Virus record (IMG/VR): IMGVR_UViG_3300006028_000011
Span: 1-64,000 of that record
DNA length: 64,000 nt
DNA from: a virus
Direction: 5' to 3' (one strand)
The notes under the pieces were generated by a model that made no database searches, was not told where the DNA came from, and saw only the letters and a list, made by a program, of their open reading frames with translations. Within the stretch, counting starts at the first letter, position 1, and the number at the start of each line of letters is the position of its first letter. This document shows, in pieces, positions 17,366 to 26,613 of this stretch. The position numbers and the translations under genes are program-made.

Positions 17366-18327
17366 CCGACCTCGCCTCCCTCCCTCCCGTCCAGCCGGCC
17401 GACGCCCTGGCGCGCTACGCCAGGGCGTCGCGCGCCGACAGCACCTGGGAGAAGTACGGGCGGGACTGGCGCGCCTTCGAGTCGTGGTGTGCCCGCGAGG
17501 GCCGGGTGGCGCTGCCCGCCAGTCCGGAGACGATCGCCGAGTACGTGGTCGACCTGGTCACGAGCAGGACGCCACCGCGCTCCATCCGGTACGTCCGGCG
17601 GCACGTCGCGGCGATCGGCCTGGCCCACGCGACGGCGGGCTTCGATCCGCCTCCGACTCGCCACCAGATGCTTCGGGAAGTCCTCAAGGGGCTGGCCCGG
17701 ACCCACGGCCGGCCGGCAGCCAAGCGCAAGGCGCTCAGCGGCGAGGATCTCGCGCGGCTGATCGAGCGCACGTCGGGCGGGACGCTGGCCGGGAAGCGCG
17801 ACCGGGCGTTGCTGGCGATTGGCTACTTCGCGGCCCGGCGGCGGTCGGAGATCGTGGGCCTTGACCGCGAGCACATCGAGGAGGTCGCCGAGGGCCTGAA
17901 CATCCTGATCGTCCGGTCCAAGACGGACCCGGAGGGCGAGGGCATGGTGGTCGGCGTGAAGCGGCGCCGTGGCATCACCGACCCGGTGTCGCTGTACCGG
18001 AGCTGGCTCGCGGCGTCAGGGATCACGGAGGGCCCGCTCTTCCGGCCGATCGACCGTCACGGGAACATGGCCGGCACGCGCCTCACCGACCATGCGGTGG
18101 CGCTCATCGTGAAGCGGGCCTGCGAGCGGGCCGGGATCGACCCCGCGGTGTTCAGCGGGCACAGCCTGCGCCGCGGGTTCGCTACGTCGGCGGCGCGAGG
18201 CGGCGCGGACGGGTTGCTGATCCGGAAGCAGACCCGACACAAGTCCGACGCCATGGTGGCCGAGTACGTCGAGGAGGGTCAGCGCTTCGGGCGCCACGCC
18301 CAGGACTTCATCGACACCGGCGACTGA
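17362..18327 (+). CDS. Cre-like tyrosine recombinase/resolvase
   Basis: RDRALL...ARRRSEI (R), RSKTD (K), GHSLRRG (HxxR), TRHKS, C-terminal Tyr; N-terminal core-binding domain; no arm-binding domain. Confidence 0.9.
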   Translation: MTDLASLPPVQPADALARYARASRADSTWEKYGRDWRAFESWCAREGRVALPASPETIAEYVVDLVTSRTPPRSIRYVRRHVAAIGLAHATAGFDPPPTRHQMLREVLKGLARTHGRPAAKRKALSGEDLARLIERTSGGTLAGKRDRALLAIGYFAARRRSEIVGLDREHIEEVAEGLNILIVRSKTDPEGEGMVVGVKRRRGITDPVSLYRSWLAASGITEGPLFRPIDRHGNMAGTRLTDHAVALIVKRACERAGIDPAVFSGHSLRRGFATSAARGGADGLLIRKQTRHKSDAMVAEYVEEGQRFGRHAQDFIDTGD

Positions 18328-18373
18328 AGGGGTCCGAACGCCCTTCCGGGCACGGGTCGACGTGCCCACGAGT

Positions 18374-19090
18374 TTAGCCCGGTTGCGTCCGATCTTGGGA
18401 GCGCACCTCGGCAGACCAGCGCCGGAGCGCCGACCGGGCCCGGCTGATGCGGCTCTCCACCGTCTCGATCGAGATCGGCATCCCGCGCCGGCTGCGATGG
18501 CCGCCGGGCCGCCGGTCGACCATGTCGCGGACCTCGAACAGGCACCGCATGCCGCCGCGGTGCTCCCGGTCCGGCCGCCGGCAGTCGCCGCTGCAGGGCT
18601 CCAGGCTGTACCTGAACGCCTCGGCCTCCACCTGCGGCAGCCCGGCACGACCGGTCACCCACTCGCCCGAGCGCTCGGTCCAGCCGAGCACCAGGTCCTC
18701 GACGTCGGCGCCCAGCAGCTCGCGGCGCAGGTCCTGGTCGACGTCCGCCGGCACCGGCGACGAGGACAGGCCGACGCGGCCCTCGGCGCGATCGAGGATT
18801 CTCAACCAGCGCGTCTCGAACTGGGCCAGGCCGGCGCCGTGGTGCGTCTCGCCGCAGGACAGCGCGGCGTCCACCCAGGCCAGCAGCACGGCGAGCTCGT
18901 CGATCAGCACCCGCAGCCCCTCCCCACGTTCCCAGCGGCCCCGCGACTGCCGGTCCGAGATGATGTCGCCGGCGTCGCGGCCCGGCATCGGGCGGGGCTT
19001 CTCGCCACCGGGCAGGAAGCCGGCGGCCCGCAGCCGCCAATCGCGGATCCGCGCCGCCTCGGAGTCTGCATCGTGGGTCGTGGCGATCAC
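18374..19090 (-). CDS. Hypothetical protein
   Basis: GTGA-coupled ORF in the leftward operon. Confidence 0.5.
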   Translation of the reverse strand: MIATTHDADSEAARIRDWRLRAAGFLPGGEKPRPMPGRDAGDIISDRQSRGRWERGEGLRVLIDELAVLLAWVDAALSCGETHHGAGLAQFETRWLRILDRAEGRVGLSSSPVPADVDQDLRRELLGADVEDLVLGWTERSGEWVTGRAGLPQVEAEAFRYSLEPCSGDCRRPDREHRGGMRCLFEVRDMVDRRPGGHRSRRGMPISIETVESRISRARSALRRWSAEVRSQDRTQPG

Positions 19091-19839
19091 CTCGAGGCGG
19101 GCTCTGGCGGGACGTCGCGGAGCAGGGCGGCCACCTGCGGGACCTGGTCGGCCATCACGCCATGCCCCATGACCTCACCGAGCGGGGTCAGGTACAGGGC
19201 GCGCCGCACCTCGGCCCGGAGCGCCTCCATCTCGCCGAGTAGGCGTCCGACGTCGGCCTGGAGCTCCAGGTTGCCCTGCTGGCACAGCCGGAACGCGGCC
19301 TTCACCTCGGCCACGCCGTTCACTGAATCGACCGCCAGACGGGCGTCCTCGGTGGTGAACATGACGCCGATCAGCTCGCCGTTGGCGCCGTAGATCGGCC
19401 GCTGGCGCGGGCCTGGCTCGTCGGTCCGGTGGCGGCCGGTGCGCCAGGGTGCGTCGGCGGTCTCGACTGCGTCGCGGCGCGCTGCCAGCTCCGCGTTCTG
19501 GTTCCGGATCGTCGCCCACGCCGCCTCGACATGGCGCACGATCGCGGCCTGCTCCGCCTCGGTCCACAGATCGTGACGCTGGATCTCGGCCCACTGCTCC
19601 GCCGTCAGCAGCGGGCCGACCCACGGGGCGGGGGTCGGCCCGACCTCGTCCAGTGCGCGGAGCGATCGCATCAGGCAGTCGCACAGTTCCGGCCGCCCCA
19701 TCGCGTAGCGGCACTCGTATGCGTGGCCCTCCTCCCGGACCGCCGCCACGAGGTCCGCCAGACGGTCGGCGTCCGCCATCGCCAGGACCACCGGGCCTTG
19801 CGCGGCCCGGTGGCGCAGGGTGTCCTCGTAGCGGGTCAC
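19087..19839 (-). CDS. Hypothetical phage protein
   Basis: GTGA-coupled ORF with natural amino-acid composition. Confidence 0.55.
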   Translation of the reverse strand: MTRYEDTLRHRAAQGPVVLAMADADRLADLVAAVREEGHAYECRYAMGRPELCDCLMRSLRALDEVGPTPAPWVGPLLTAEQWAEIQRHDLWTEAEQAAIVRHVEAAWATIRNQNAELAARRDAVETADAPWRTGRHRTDEPGPRQRPIYGANGELIGVMFTTEDARLAVDSVNGVAEVKAAFRLCQQGNLELQADVGRLLGEMEALRAEVRRALYLTPLGEVMGHGVMADQVPQVAALLRDVPPEPASR

Positions 19840-20172
19840 CGCCCCTCCCGAGGCGCCATCAGCTCCGTCGCCTCCACGTCGAAGACCATGATCGGGCTGT
19901 CTGCGAGCTTCATCGCTCCTCCTCGAGTTCGTTCGCGGTGCAGCGGCCGCGCACCGTCTCGGCGTAGCGGCGGCCGCGGATCTCGGCCGGCTTCCACATG
20001 CACCCGCAGAGCTCGCAGCGGCGCCAGCTCGGCCACTCGCACGACGTGGTGGCGCCCTCGCAGCCCAGGCAGGCGCAGCGGTGGTCGGCCAGCAGCGCCA
20101 GGGCGCGGCCGAGGTTCCAGGGCGCGGGCCGGGCGGGCGCCGGCTCGCGGTGGCCGAGCTGCTGGGCGACGG

Positions 20173-20610
20173 TCATGCTGCGCCCTCGGCGCGGCCGGGC
20201 CAGTCGCACCCGACCACACCCGGCGCCGCCGCGAGCCAACCCCGGCGACACCGGCGGCAATGCGCCCAGCCGCCCGGGGAGAGCTGCGGGTCGGTCAGCG
20301 GCCCACGGCAGGCAGGACACGCTCCGGCCTGGACGGCCCGGGCTACGGCAGCGGCCTGGCAGCGGACGCAGATCCACGTCGCCGGCGTGATGATCCGCGC
20401 AGGGATGTCTCCGTGCGCAGCCTGCTCCCACCGAACCACACGCAGCCAGCCGACCTCGTCGCACAGCGAGCCGAGGCCCGGGCGCTCGAACAGGTGCTGG
20501 ATGCCCCAACCGGACGTCGGGCCCTCGGGCTGACCGGCCACGATGTAGTCGCCGAACATGCACTGGCGCTCGGCCGCGGTGGCGATGTAGACGCCGGACG
20601 TAGGGCTCAC
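20173..20610 (-). CDS. Cys-rich Zn-finger-like protein
   Basis: CVRC, CPAC and CRRC motifs; GTGA overlap with the replication gene. Confidence 0.5.
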   Translation of the reverse strand: MSPTSGVYIATAAERQCMFGDYIVAGQPEGPTSGWGIQHLFERPGLGSLCDEVGWLRVVRWEQAAHGDIPARIITPATWICVRCQAAAVARAVQAGACPACRGPLTDPQLSPGGWAHCRRCRRGWLAAAPGVVGCDWPGRAEGAA

Positions 20611-21566
20611 TGAAGCGTCCTCGGTGCGGTCGCCAGCATGTCTCCGAGTCGGGTCAGGCCGTTCACGTGGCTCCGGCCAGACGGCACCGACTGGTCGTCT
20701 ACGATCGCCGCGTCGAGCTCGCCGAGCATCGCCTCGAAGAACTTCGCCTGACGGATCGGGTCGCCGCGGGCGGTGGCCTGCCCGGCTCGCCGTCGGCAGG
20801 GCTCCAGGAAGGCTCTCTCGCCGAGGCGGGCGAGGTGCTGATATGCCCACGGCCAGTTCTGGACGCGCTTCTGGTCGGCTGGAGAAAGCATCCCTCCGGC
20901 CATCAGCGAGCCCAGTTCGGCGACGAGGCGGTCGCCGAGTGCCGTTCTCGGATCGGCTTTAGCCTCGGGCGGCGCTCCAGGCGCGGGCATTGAGTCAGGA
21001 GGCTTTCGGTCGGAGACCGTCTCGGAGGCGCCGTTAGGCGCCGGAGGACCGGGAACGGGTCTGGGTTCGGGAACGGGATCGAGATACCCAGCGCGCGGTT
21101 GTGCGCGAGGGGTGTCACATCCCGAAACGGGGGGCGTCACAGGTGCGTCACTCGTGACGGCTGTAGTGACGACCTGTGACGTCACAGGTGCGTCACGGAC
21201 GGGGTCTGCTCTGGCCGCATCCTCCCGTTCTCGCGCCCGCTTTCGGCGCATCCGCTCCTTCGAGGTGGCGGGGTTGTACTCCTCGTGGTCGTGGATCTCG
21301 TAGACGCCTGGCTGGAGCTCTTCCCAGCAGCCAGCGTCGTAGCCGTACTCCGTCGGTACGTGGAGCAACTCGGCGATGGCGGTCTTCGGGTTGCGGATTC
21401 GATGCCGAGCACAGAGCTCCGCTACGTCGTCTGCGAGGAGCCTCCCGCTGGTCTCGTGGCGGCGGGTATACGACACCGCCGTCCAGTACAGGCGGAACGC
21501 CTCGTGGGAGAGGCGACGCAGCTTTCGGTTCTCGTCCATCTCATCGTCGAGGCGACACCAGGTCAT
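20607..21566 (-). CDS. Phage replication initiator / replisome organizer-like protein
   Basis: N-terminus MTWCRLDD...KLRRLS..AFRLY, IHDHEEYNP, ERMRRKR; Pro/Thr linker containing DNA repeats. Confidence 0.7.
   Translation of the reverse strand: MTWCRLDDEMDENRKLRRLSHEAFRLYWTAVSYTRRHETSGRLLADDVAELCARHRIRNPKTAIAELLHVPTEYGYDAGCWEELQPGVYEIHDHEEYNPATSKERMRRKRAREREDAARADPVRDAPVTSQVVTTAVTSDAPVTPPVSGCDTPRAQPRAGYLDPVPEPRPVPGPPAPNGASETVSDRKPPDSMPAPGAPPEAKADPRTALGDRLVAELGSLMAGGMLSPADQKRVQNWPWAYQHLARLGERAFLEPCRRRAGQATARGDPIRQAKFFEAMLGELDAAIVDDQSVPSGRSHVNGLTRLGDMLATAPRTLQ
21112..21196. repeat. Iteron-like repeats (candidate replication origin)
   Basis: CGTCACAGGTGCGTCAC at 21135-21151 and 21180-21196, plus several inverted GTGAC copies. 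Confidence 0.55.
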
Positions 21567-22021
21567 TGGAGGATCTCGCTGGCTGGCTTGCCGGCAGCGA
21601 TAGCGGCCCTGCGGAAGCGGAGCCTTCCGATCTCATCCTTGACGGATCGGACGACGCCCAGGCATCCGCGCAACTGGGCATCGCTCCCGTCCTCTGTGGG
21701 CGAGACCATCCGCAGCATGGCCGTCCACGACACCAGCTCCTCTTCCTCATTCGCGAGAGCCTCGTCCACCGGATCGTCCTCTGACTTCCCGCTGAGGTAG
21801 GCGTGGCAGCCCCTACAGACGCCGTTGAGGTCCTCGTGGCCAATCCGCTCGTACGTCAGGTGATGCGTGGCGGCGAGGCGATGGAGGCGGCACCGTTCGC
21901 AGTAGGCATCGGCCGCCCAGGCAGGTATGCCGAGGCCGGCGCGAAGTCGCACAGCCTCGCGTAGCAGCGCCCACTCCCGTGAGGCCAGGTATCTCTTGTA
22001 GTCGAACTCGTTCTCGGCCAA
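21563..22021 (-). CDS. HNH endonuclease-like protein
   Basis: YLASREW...CERC...HHLTYERIGHE...VCRGCH. Confidence 0.75.
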   Translation of the reverse strand: MAENEFDYKRYLASREWALLREAVRLRAGLGIPAWAADAYCERCRLHRLAATHHLTYERIGHEDLNGVCRGCHAYLSGKSEDDPVDEALANEEEELVSWTAMLRMVSPTEDGSDAQLRGCLGVVRSVKDEIGRLRFRRAAIAAGKPASEILQ

Positions 22022-22112
22022 TCGATGGCTCTCCGTGTTCGCCGATGGGGACGTGACGCCCGGCGCCCGGTCGCCGGCTCTGCCGTGTGGCCGCCCGCGG
22101 CGGCCCGGGTGG

Positions 22113-23678
22113 TCAGGTGGCGGACTCGTCGAACAGCCCGACCTGCACGAGGGCGGGCGTGGCGTCTGCGGGGTGCGGGGCCGGCCTGGTCGCCGGGCGC
22201 GGGGCTGACCGTGGCTGAGCGCGCCAGTACGTCAGCCGGGCGAGCGCGGTCCGCACCGACTCCTCGTCCTGCTCGATGCCGATGGCCTGGAAGCCCTCCA
22301 GGACGGCCGCGATCAGCGTGGTGCCGCTGCCGGCGAACGGGTCGAGGATTACCCCCCCCTGCGGCGTGACGAGGCGACACAGCCACCGCATGAGGGCGAG
22401 CGGCTTGACCGTCGGATGGGTGTTGCGCTCGCCCGGCGGGAGGCCAGCGCTGCGCTCGCGAGGGCTGGCCTTGGCGCAGTAATAGAAGCGGCTGGCGGCA
22501 CCTGTGTCGTCGTAGAACTTGCGCTGCTGGTCTGTGGGCTGCCAGCCGTCGTCGTTCATCAGGCCGAGGGCGGTGTGGTTGGTGCCACCTTTGCCAACGA
22601 TCCGCTCGCCGCTCTGTCGGTCCAGCTCGGCCACCGGACAGCCCTCGACGCACTCCCAGGACTCGACGGTTTCGGTGCCGTCGGGGTCGGCGTGGCGAGT
22701 CATCACGGGGTTGCTCGCGAAGTCGCCGAGACTGCGCCGCTCCACACTGGCCATGCCGCGTGACGGCCGGCCCGGCGGCGCGATGCCGCGGACCTTCCGA
22801 GCCCCCACCGCCACGCAGCCCTCGGCGTGCGAGAGCACCAGGTTGGCCGGCCAGCGACCGATAGAGCAGTCCGTTTCAGCCGCAGCCATCGGCCCGGCCA
22901 TCGACCCCCGCGTGGCGACCCGGTCGGTGAGCGGCCAGACGCCCTTGTCTGCCCCCGTTCCCACCCGGCACCCGCCCACGTTGATCGCGCCCGTCCCGTG
23001 CTCCAGGATGTTCGTGGCCACCGAGCCCCGGAAGGGCCTGCGGAAGACCAGGACGGCCTCCCAGGCGGGCTTGAGGGCGACGTTCCACCCCTGCCACCGA
23101 CGAGCCTCGTCGGTTGCAGGGGTGGTGATCGGGGTTGGCGAGAATCGGTCCGCGCGTCCTTCCGCCAGACGCCATCCCATCGATGCAGTCCAGGCGGGCC
23201 GCTCTGCGAGTACCTCCCGCTCGGCGCCCGCCATCCGGTCGATCGCCTTGGACACGTCCAACCCCTTGGGGAAACCCTGTCCGTGCATCCAGCGCAGTGC
23301 GGGCGGCCCCTCCGAGGCGATCGTGTCGCGGTTCTCGAACCCGGCGAAGCGGATGGCCAGCGAGAGGAGGTCCCACGTCCGGGTGCTGCTGAACGCCAGC
23401 AGGTGGGCGCCGGGCTTCATGACCCGGTAGACCTCGCGCCAGTACTCCGGACCGGGGACGAAGCTGTCCCACGAGCGGCCCATGAATCCTGCGCTGCCGT
23501 GCTCGTACTCGTCGCCGGCCAGCCAGTGGCGCACGACCTCGGCGATGTCCGGCTCACGGCTCAGGCCGTACGGCGGGTCCGTCACCGCCGCGTCCACGCT
23601 GGCGTCGGGCAGCTCGCGGAGGCGCTCGCGGCAGTCGCCGTGGAGGAGGCGGACGGGACCGGAGGTCCAGTCGCTCAT
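22113..23678 (-). CDS. DNA N6-adenine/N4-cytosine methyltransferase (beta class)
   Basis: VTDPPY, HPTVKP and LDPFAGSGTT motifs. Confidence 0.92.
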   Translation of the reverse strand: MSDWTSGPVRLLHGDCRERLRELPDASVDAAVTDPPYGLSREPDIAEVVRHWLAGDEYEHGSAGFMGRSWDSFVPGPEYWREVYRVMKPGAHLLAFSSTRTWDLLSLAIRFAGFENRDTIASEGPPALRWMHGQGFPKGLDVSKAIDRMAGAEREVLAERPAWTASMGWRLAEGRADRFSPTPITTPATDEARRWQGWNVALKPAWEAVLVFRRPFRGSVATNILEHGTGAINVGGCRVGTGADKGVWPLTDRVATRGSMAGPMAAAETDCSIGRWPANLVLSHAEGCVAVGARKVRGIAPPGRPSRGMASVERRSLGDFASNPVMTRHADPDGTETVESWECVEGCPVAELDRQSGERIVGKGGTNHTALGLMNDDGWQPTDQQRKFYDDTGAASRFYYCAKASPRERSAGLPPGERNTHPTVKPLALMRWLCRLVTPQGGVILDPFAGSGTTLIAAVLEGFQAIGIEQDEESVRTALARLTYWRAQPRSAPRPATRPAPHPADATPALVQVGLFDESAT

Positions 23679-24553
23679 GCCGCCCTCCCATCGAGGCGGA
23701 CCCGACACGGCTCGCACGGGCAGGGCGGCGCCGCGGGCGGCAGGCCCAGCTGGATCAGCCGCCGACGCGGGCCGACGCGGAAGGCGTAGCGGTGGCTGCC
23801 GTGGTGGCGGATGCGCCGGACGCCGACGCGCCCGAGCGCGTCCCGCAGCCAGTCAGGCCGGTCCTCGCCCGGTCGCCGGGCCCGTGCGCCGAGGCCAACC
23901 AGGAGCCGTTCGCCGGCGGCCGCCCCGCGCTCCCCCGCCCGGATCTTCTGCACGGTCCGCGCCGACAGGACGCGACCGTCGGGCAGCAGGAGCTGCGTCC
24001 GCGGAGTGCTGCGCTCGTGGTACGTGGCGTTGCCGGCCTGGTAGATCAGCCCGACGTGGCCGGGGAACACCCGGAGGCCGTCCACCGTGGACCTCGCCAC
24101 CGGGTCGGAGAAGCTGACGACGCCGCGTAGGCCGGTCGCCGCGGCCAACTCCCAGACGCGGGCCAGGAACCACGTCTCCGCGTTCGCTGGCACGCTGTCG
24201 GCCAGCACGAAGCGCCCGAGCTCCAGCGACTCGCTCAGCGGCTCCAGGTCGGGGAACAGCGAGGTGAGCACGGCGCTCTGCACCGGCACGGAGAGCACGG
24301 CAGTGCCGACCAGCCAGGGCCCGTCGTGGAGGCCGTAGGCGAAGCGCGCGGCCGGGTACGAGCCGCTGTAGTGGTTGGCCTCGACGAACGGCCGCGCCTC
24401 CCGCTCCACCAGCGGCGCGACCTCGTAGCGGGCCTGGTCGAAGCCGCCCTCGGAGCGGTGGCGCCAGCTGTGCCGGCGGCTCCGCCAGCGCTGGCACCAG
24501 GGGGAGTGACCGCTACCCCCCGATGCAGTGGTCCCGGAGGTCCAGGCGCTCAT
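23675..24553 (-). CDS. Mom-family adenine modification protein (GNAT fold)
   Basis: FVEANHYS, LELGRFVL...NAETWF, VVSFSDP and GHVGLIYQAGN match the Mu Mom-like pattern. Confidence 0.75.
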   Translation of the reverse strand: MSAWTSGTTASGGSGHSPWCQRWRSRRHSWRHRSEGGFDQARYEVAPLVEREARPFVEANHYSGSYPAARFAYGLHDGPWLVGTAVLSVPVQSAVLTSLFPDLEPLSESLELGRFVLADSVPANAETWFLARVWELAAATGLRGVVSFSDPVARSTVDGLRVFPGHVGLIYQAGNATYHERSTPRTQLLLPDGRVLSARTVQKIRAGERGAAAGERLLVGLGARARRPGEDRPDWLRDALGRVGVRRIRHHGSHRYAFRVGPRRRLIQLGLPPAAPPCPCEPCRVRLDGRAA

Positions 24554-24578
24554 GGCGTGCGCTCCCGGCACGGCGAGC

Positions 24579-24842
24579 TGACACCCATTCCCGACACCCC
24601 AGCGCTGGCGGTGGCGGTCAGGAGGTGGCGGTCGCTGGCGGCATCCCCATATTCACCTGGCGGCAGCCGGCGGGGTCTGTCGCCCCGTGGCGGGAAGATA
24701 GACGGATGATGTACATCCATCCCCCGTCCCGCGACCGGCTGGCCGGGGAGCTCCGCGCCCTGGTCGCTGGAACTCAGGAGCCAGGTCTCGGAGGCTGAGA
24801 CCAGCGCCTCCTCGACCGCGATGACACCCATTTCTGACACCC
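24579..24842. other. Candidate intact attP (paired arm-type sites flanking a core)
   Basis: TGACACCCATTCCCGACACCC (24579-24599) and TGACACCCATTTCTGACACCC (24822-24842), directly downstream of the integrase stop. Confidence 0.6.
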
Positions 24843-26054
24843 TCACCCTGCCGACTCCTCGCCGCGCCCAGTGGCCGCCTCGTCCTCGCCCCACGCCGCG
24901 TCCAGCACGGCCAGCTGCTCGCGCAGGCCGTCGTCCTCGAGGTGGCCGTAGAGGTCGGCGGTGATCTGGATGCCGGAGTGCGCGAGCACCTCGGAGACGG
25001 TCTTGAGAGGGATCTTGAGGGCCAGCATCACGGAGGCCGCGCTATGGCGCAGGTCGTGGAACCGCCGCTCCCCCAGGCCGGCCCGCTTCAGCAGCCGCTG
25101 GAAGTGCGCCGTCACGTACTGGCCGTGGAGCGGGAGGCCGTTCGGACGGGTGAACACCAACTCGATCGGCCTCCCGTCGCTCTCCATGACGCTCCAGCTC
25201 GGCCCGGCCGCCTCTCGTTCTGCCTGCTGGCGTGCGAGGTGCTCGCGCAGGGCGGCGGCCACGGGCGCCGGCAGGGGCAGCGATCGCGGCGCCTTCTTGG
25301 AGCGCGACCGGCGCACCGAGCGCAACTGCCAGGACGTGTCGATGCGGACCAGCTTCATCGGCCAGCGGATGCGGGTGAAGTCCTCCGCGATGTCCTGGCG
25401 CCGGAGGCCGAGCAGCGAGGACTTGCGCTGCCCGAGCACGGCCGCGGTCAGGTAGAGCGCGTACAGGCGGTCCCCGCGGATGCCGGCCAGGAACGCGCGG
25501 GCCTCGGCCAGGGTCAGGATGTTCTCCGGCGCCGCCTCCGCCGCAGGCATCTCGATGAGCTCGCTTGAGGCTGGGTTGCGGTGGATCAGGCCCAGCCGGT
25601 TGGCGCGGCCGAGCGCCGAGCTGAGCGCGATCCAGATCGACCGCACCATGTTCACGCTGAACGAGCGCTGCATGGCGTCGAGGAAGCGCTGGATCTCCAG
25701 CGGGTCGAGCTGCGACAGGCGGCGGCGGCCGAGCACCGGCTTGATGTGGAGCCGGACCAGGCTCTCGTAACGCTGGTACGTGAGCGGCTCGCGGCTCGCC
25801 TTGACCGTCTCCAGCCATTGGTCGAGCCACTCGTCGAGCGTGCGCGGCGCCGCCACGCCGGACGCGGTCAGGCGACCCTGCTCCTTCTGGCGCTGGAGCC
25901 GGCGCAGCACCTTGGCGGCCCCGGCCTCCGTGTCCGCGTACTCGTACTTCCGCTGCCGCTTCCCGAGCGGGTCGCGGCCCAGGTCGATGCGGACCTGGAA
26001 GCGCCCGTCGCTCCGCCGGGTGATGGAGCCCTCGCCGCGCGCCCGCCGCCTCAC
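24843..26054 (-). CDS. int: Tyrosine integrase (arm-binding type)
   Basis: RRARGEGSI N-terminus, GQRKSS (R), RFHDLRHSAAS, LAHS...TADLYGH. Confidence 0.93.
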   Translation of the reverse strand: MRRRARGEGSITRRSDGRFQVRIDLGRDPLGKRQRKYEYADTEAGAAKVLRRLQRQKEQGRLTASGVAAPRTLDEWLDQWLETVKASREPLTYQRYESLVRLHIKPVLGRRRLSQLDPLEIQRFLDAMQRSFSVNMVRSIWIALSSALGRANRLGLIHRNPASSELIEMPAAEAAPENILTLAEARAFLAGIRGDRLYALYLTAAVLGQRKSSLLGLRRQDIAEDFTRIRWPMKLVRIDTSWQLRSVRRSRSKKAPRSLPLPAPVAAALREHLARQQAEREAAGPSWSVMESDGRPIELVFTRPNGLPLHGQYVTAHFQRLLKRAGLGERRFHDLRHSAASVMLALKIPLKTVSEVLAHSGIQITADLYGHLEDDGLREQLAVLDAAWGEDEAATGRGEESAG

Positions 26055-26287
26055 TGCGTGCCACCTTCCAGGCGCTGGCGCCACCACTCGTCGAGCAGCG
26101 CGACCGGGATGCGGACCATCCGATCTCCGTCCAGGCGGACGTGCGGCACGGTGCCGCGCGCGATCCAGCGCTCCATCGTGCGGCGCCCGACGCGGATCCG
26201 GGCCGCGGCCTCCTTTATGGTCAGCAGCACCGGCGCCGCCGACTCCTGCTGCCGCGGGCGGAGGTGAATGACAGGAGCGTTGCTCAT
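26051..26287 (-). CDS. xis: Excisionase / HTH_17 DNA-binding protein
   Basis: LLTIKEAAARIRVGRRTMERWIARG; GTGA-coupled to the integrase. Confidence 0.8.
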   Translation of the reverse strand: MSNAPVIHLRPRQQESAAPVLLTIKEAAARIRVGRRTMERWIARGTVPHVRLDGDRMVRIPVALLDEWWRQRLEGGTQ

Positions 26288-26289
26288 CC

Positions 26290-26613
26290 TTACCCCACCT
26301 CGACTGACCGAGGCAAGCCGTCGGCTCTGCCCAACGCCACGAAGGCGTTGTGTCTGCGCGGCAAGCTGACCCGGCTCTCGCGACTCCAGCCCTGCGTGTC
26401 TGTATAGAGCTGCCAGGCGACGCCTCTGCTCGGCACCGAGGAGAGCCAGGTGAAGGCCCGGGTCTCCTCGCCGAGGTCCCACAGCGGCATCGCCAGGTGG
26501 CAGAGCCGGCAGAGCTGGATCAGGTTGGGGAGGAGGTCCAGGCCGCATCCCCGATCGCTGGCGGCCGCCTTGGGCGGCATCCCGGGCAGGAGGGGCTGCG
26601 CGACCGGCGTCAC
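26290..26613 (-). CDS. Partial HNH-like protein
   Basis: Only the NLIQLCRLCH half of the motif is present. Confidence 0.4.
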   Translation of the reverse strand: MTPVAQPLLPGMPPKAAASDRGCGLDLLPNLIQLCRLCHLAMPLWDLGEETRAFTWLSSVPSRGVAWQLYTDTQGWSRESRVSLPRRHNAFVALGRADGLPRSVEVG

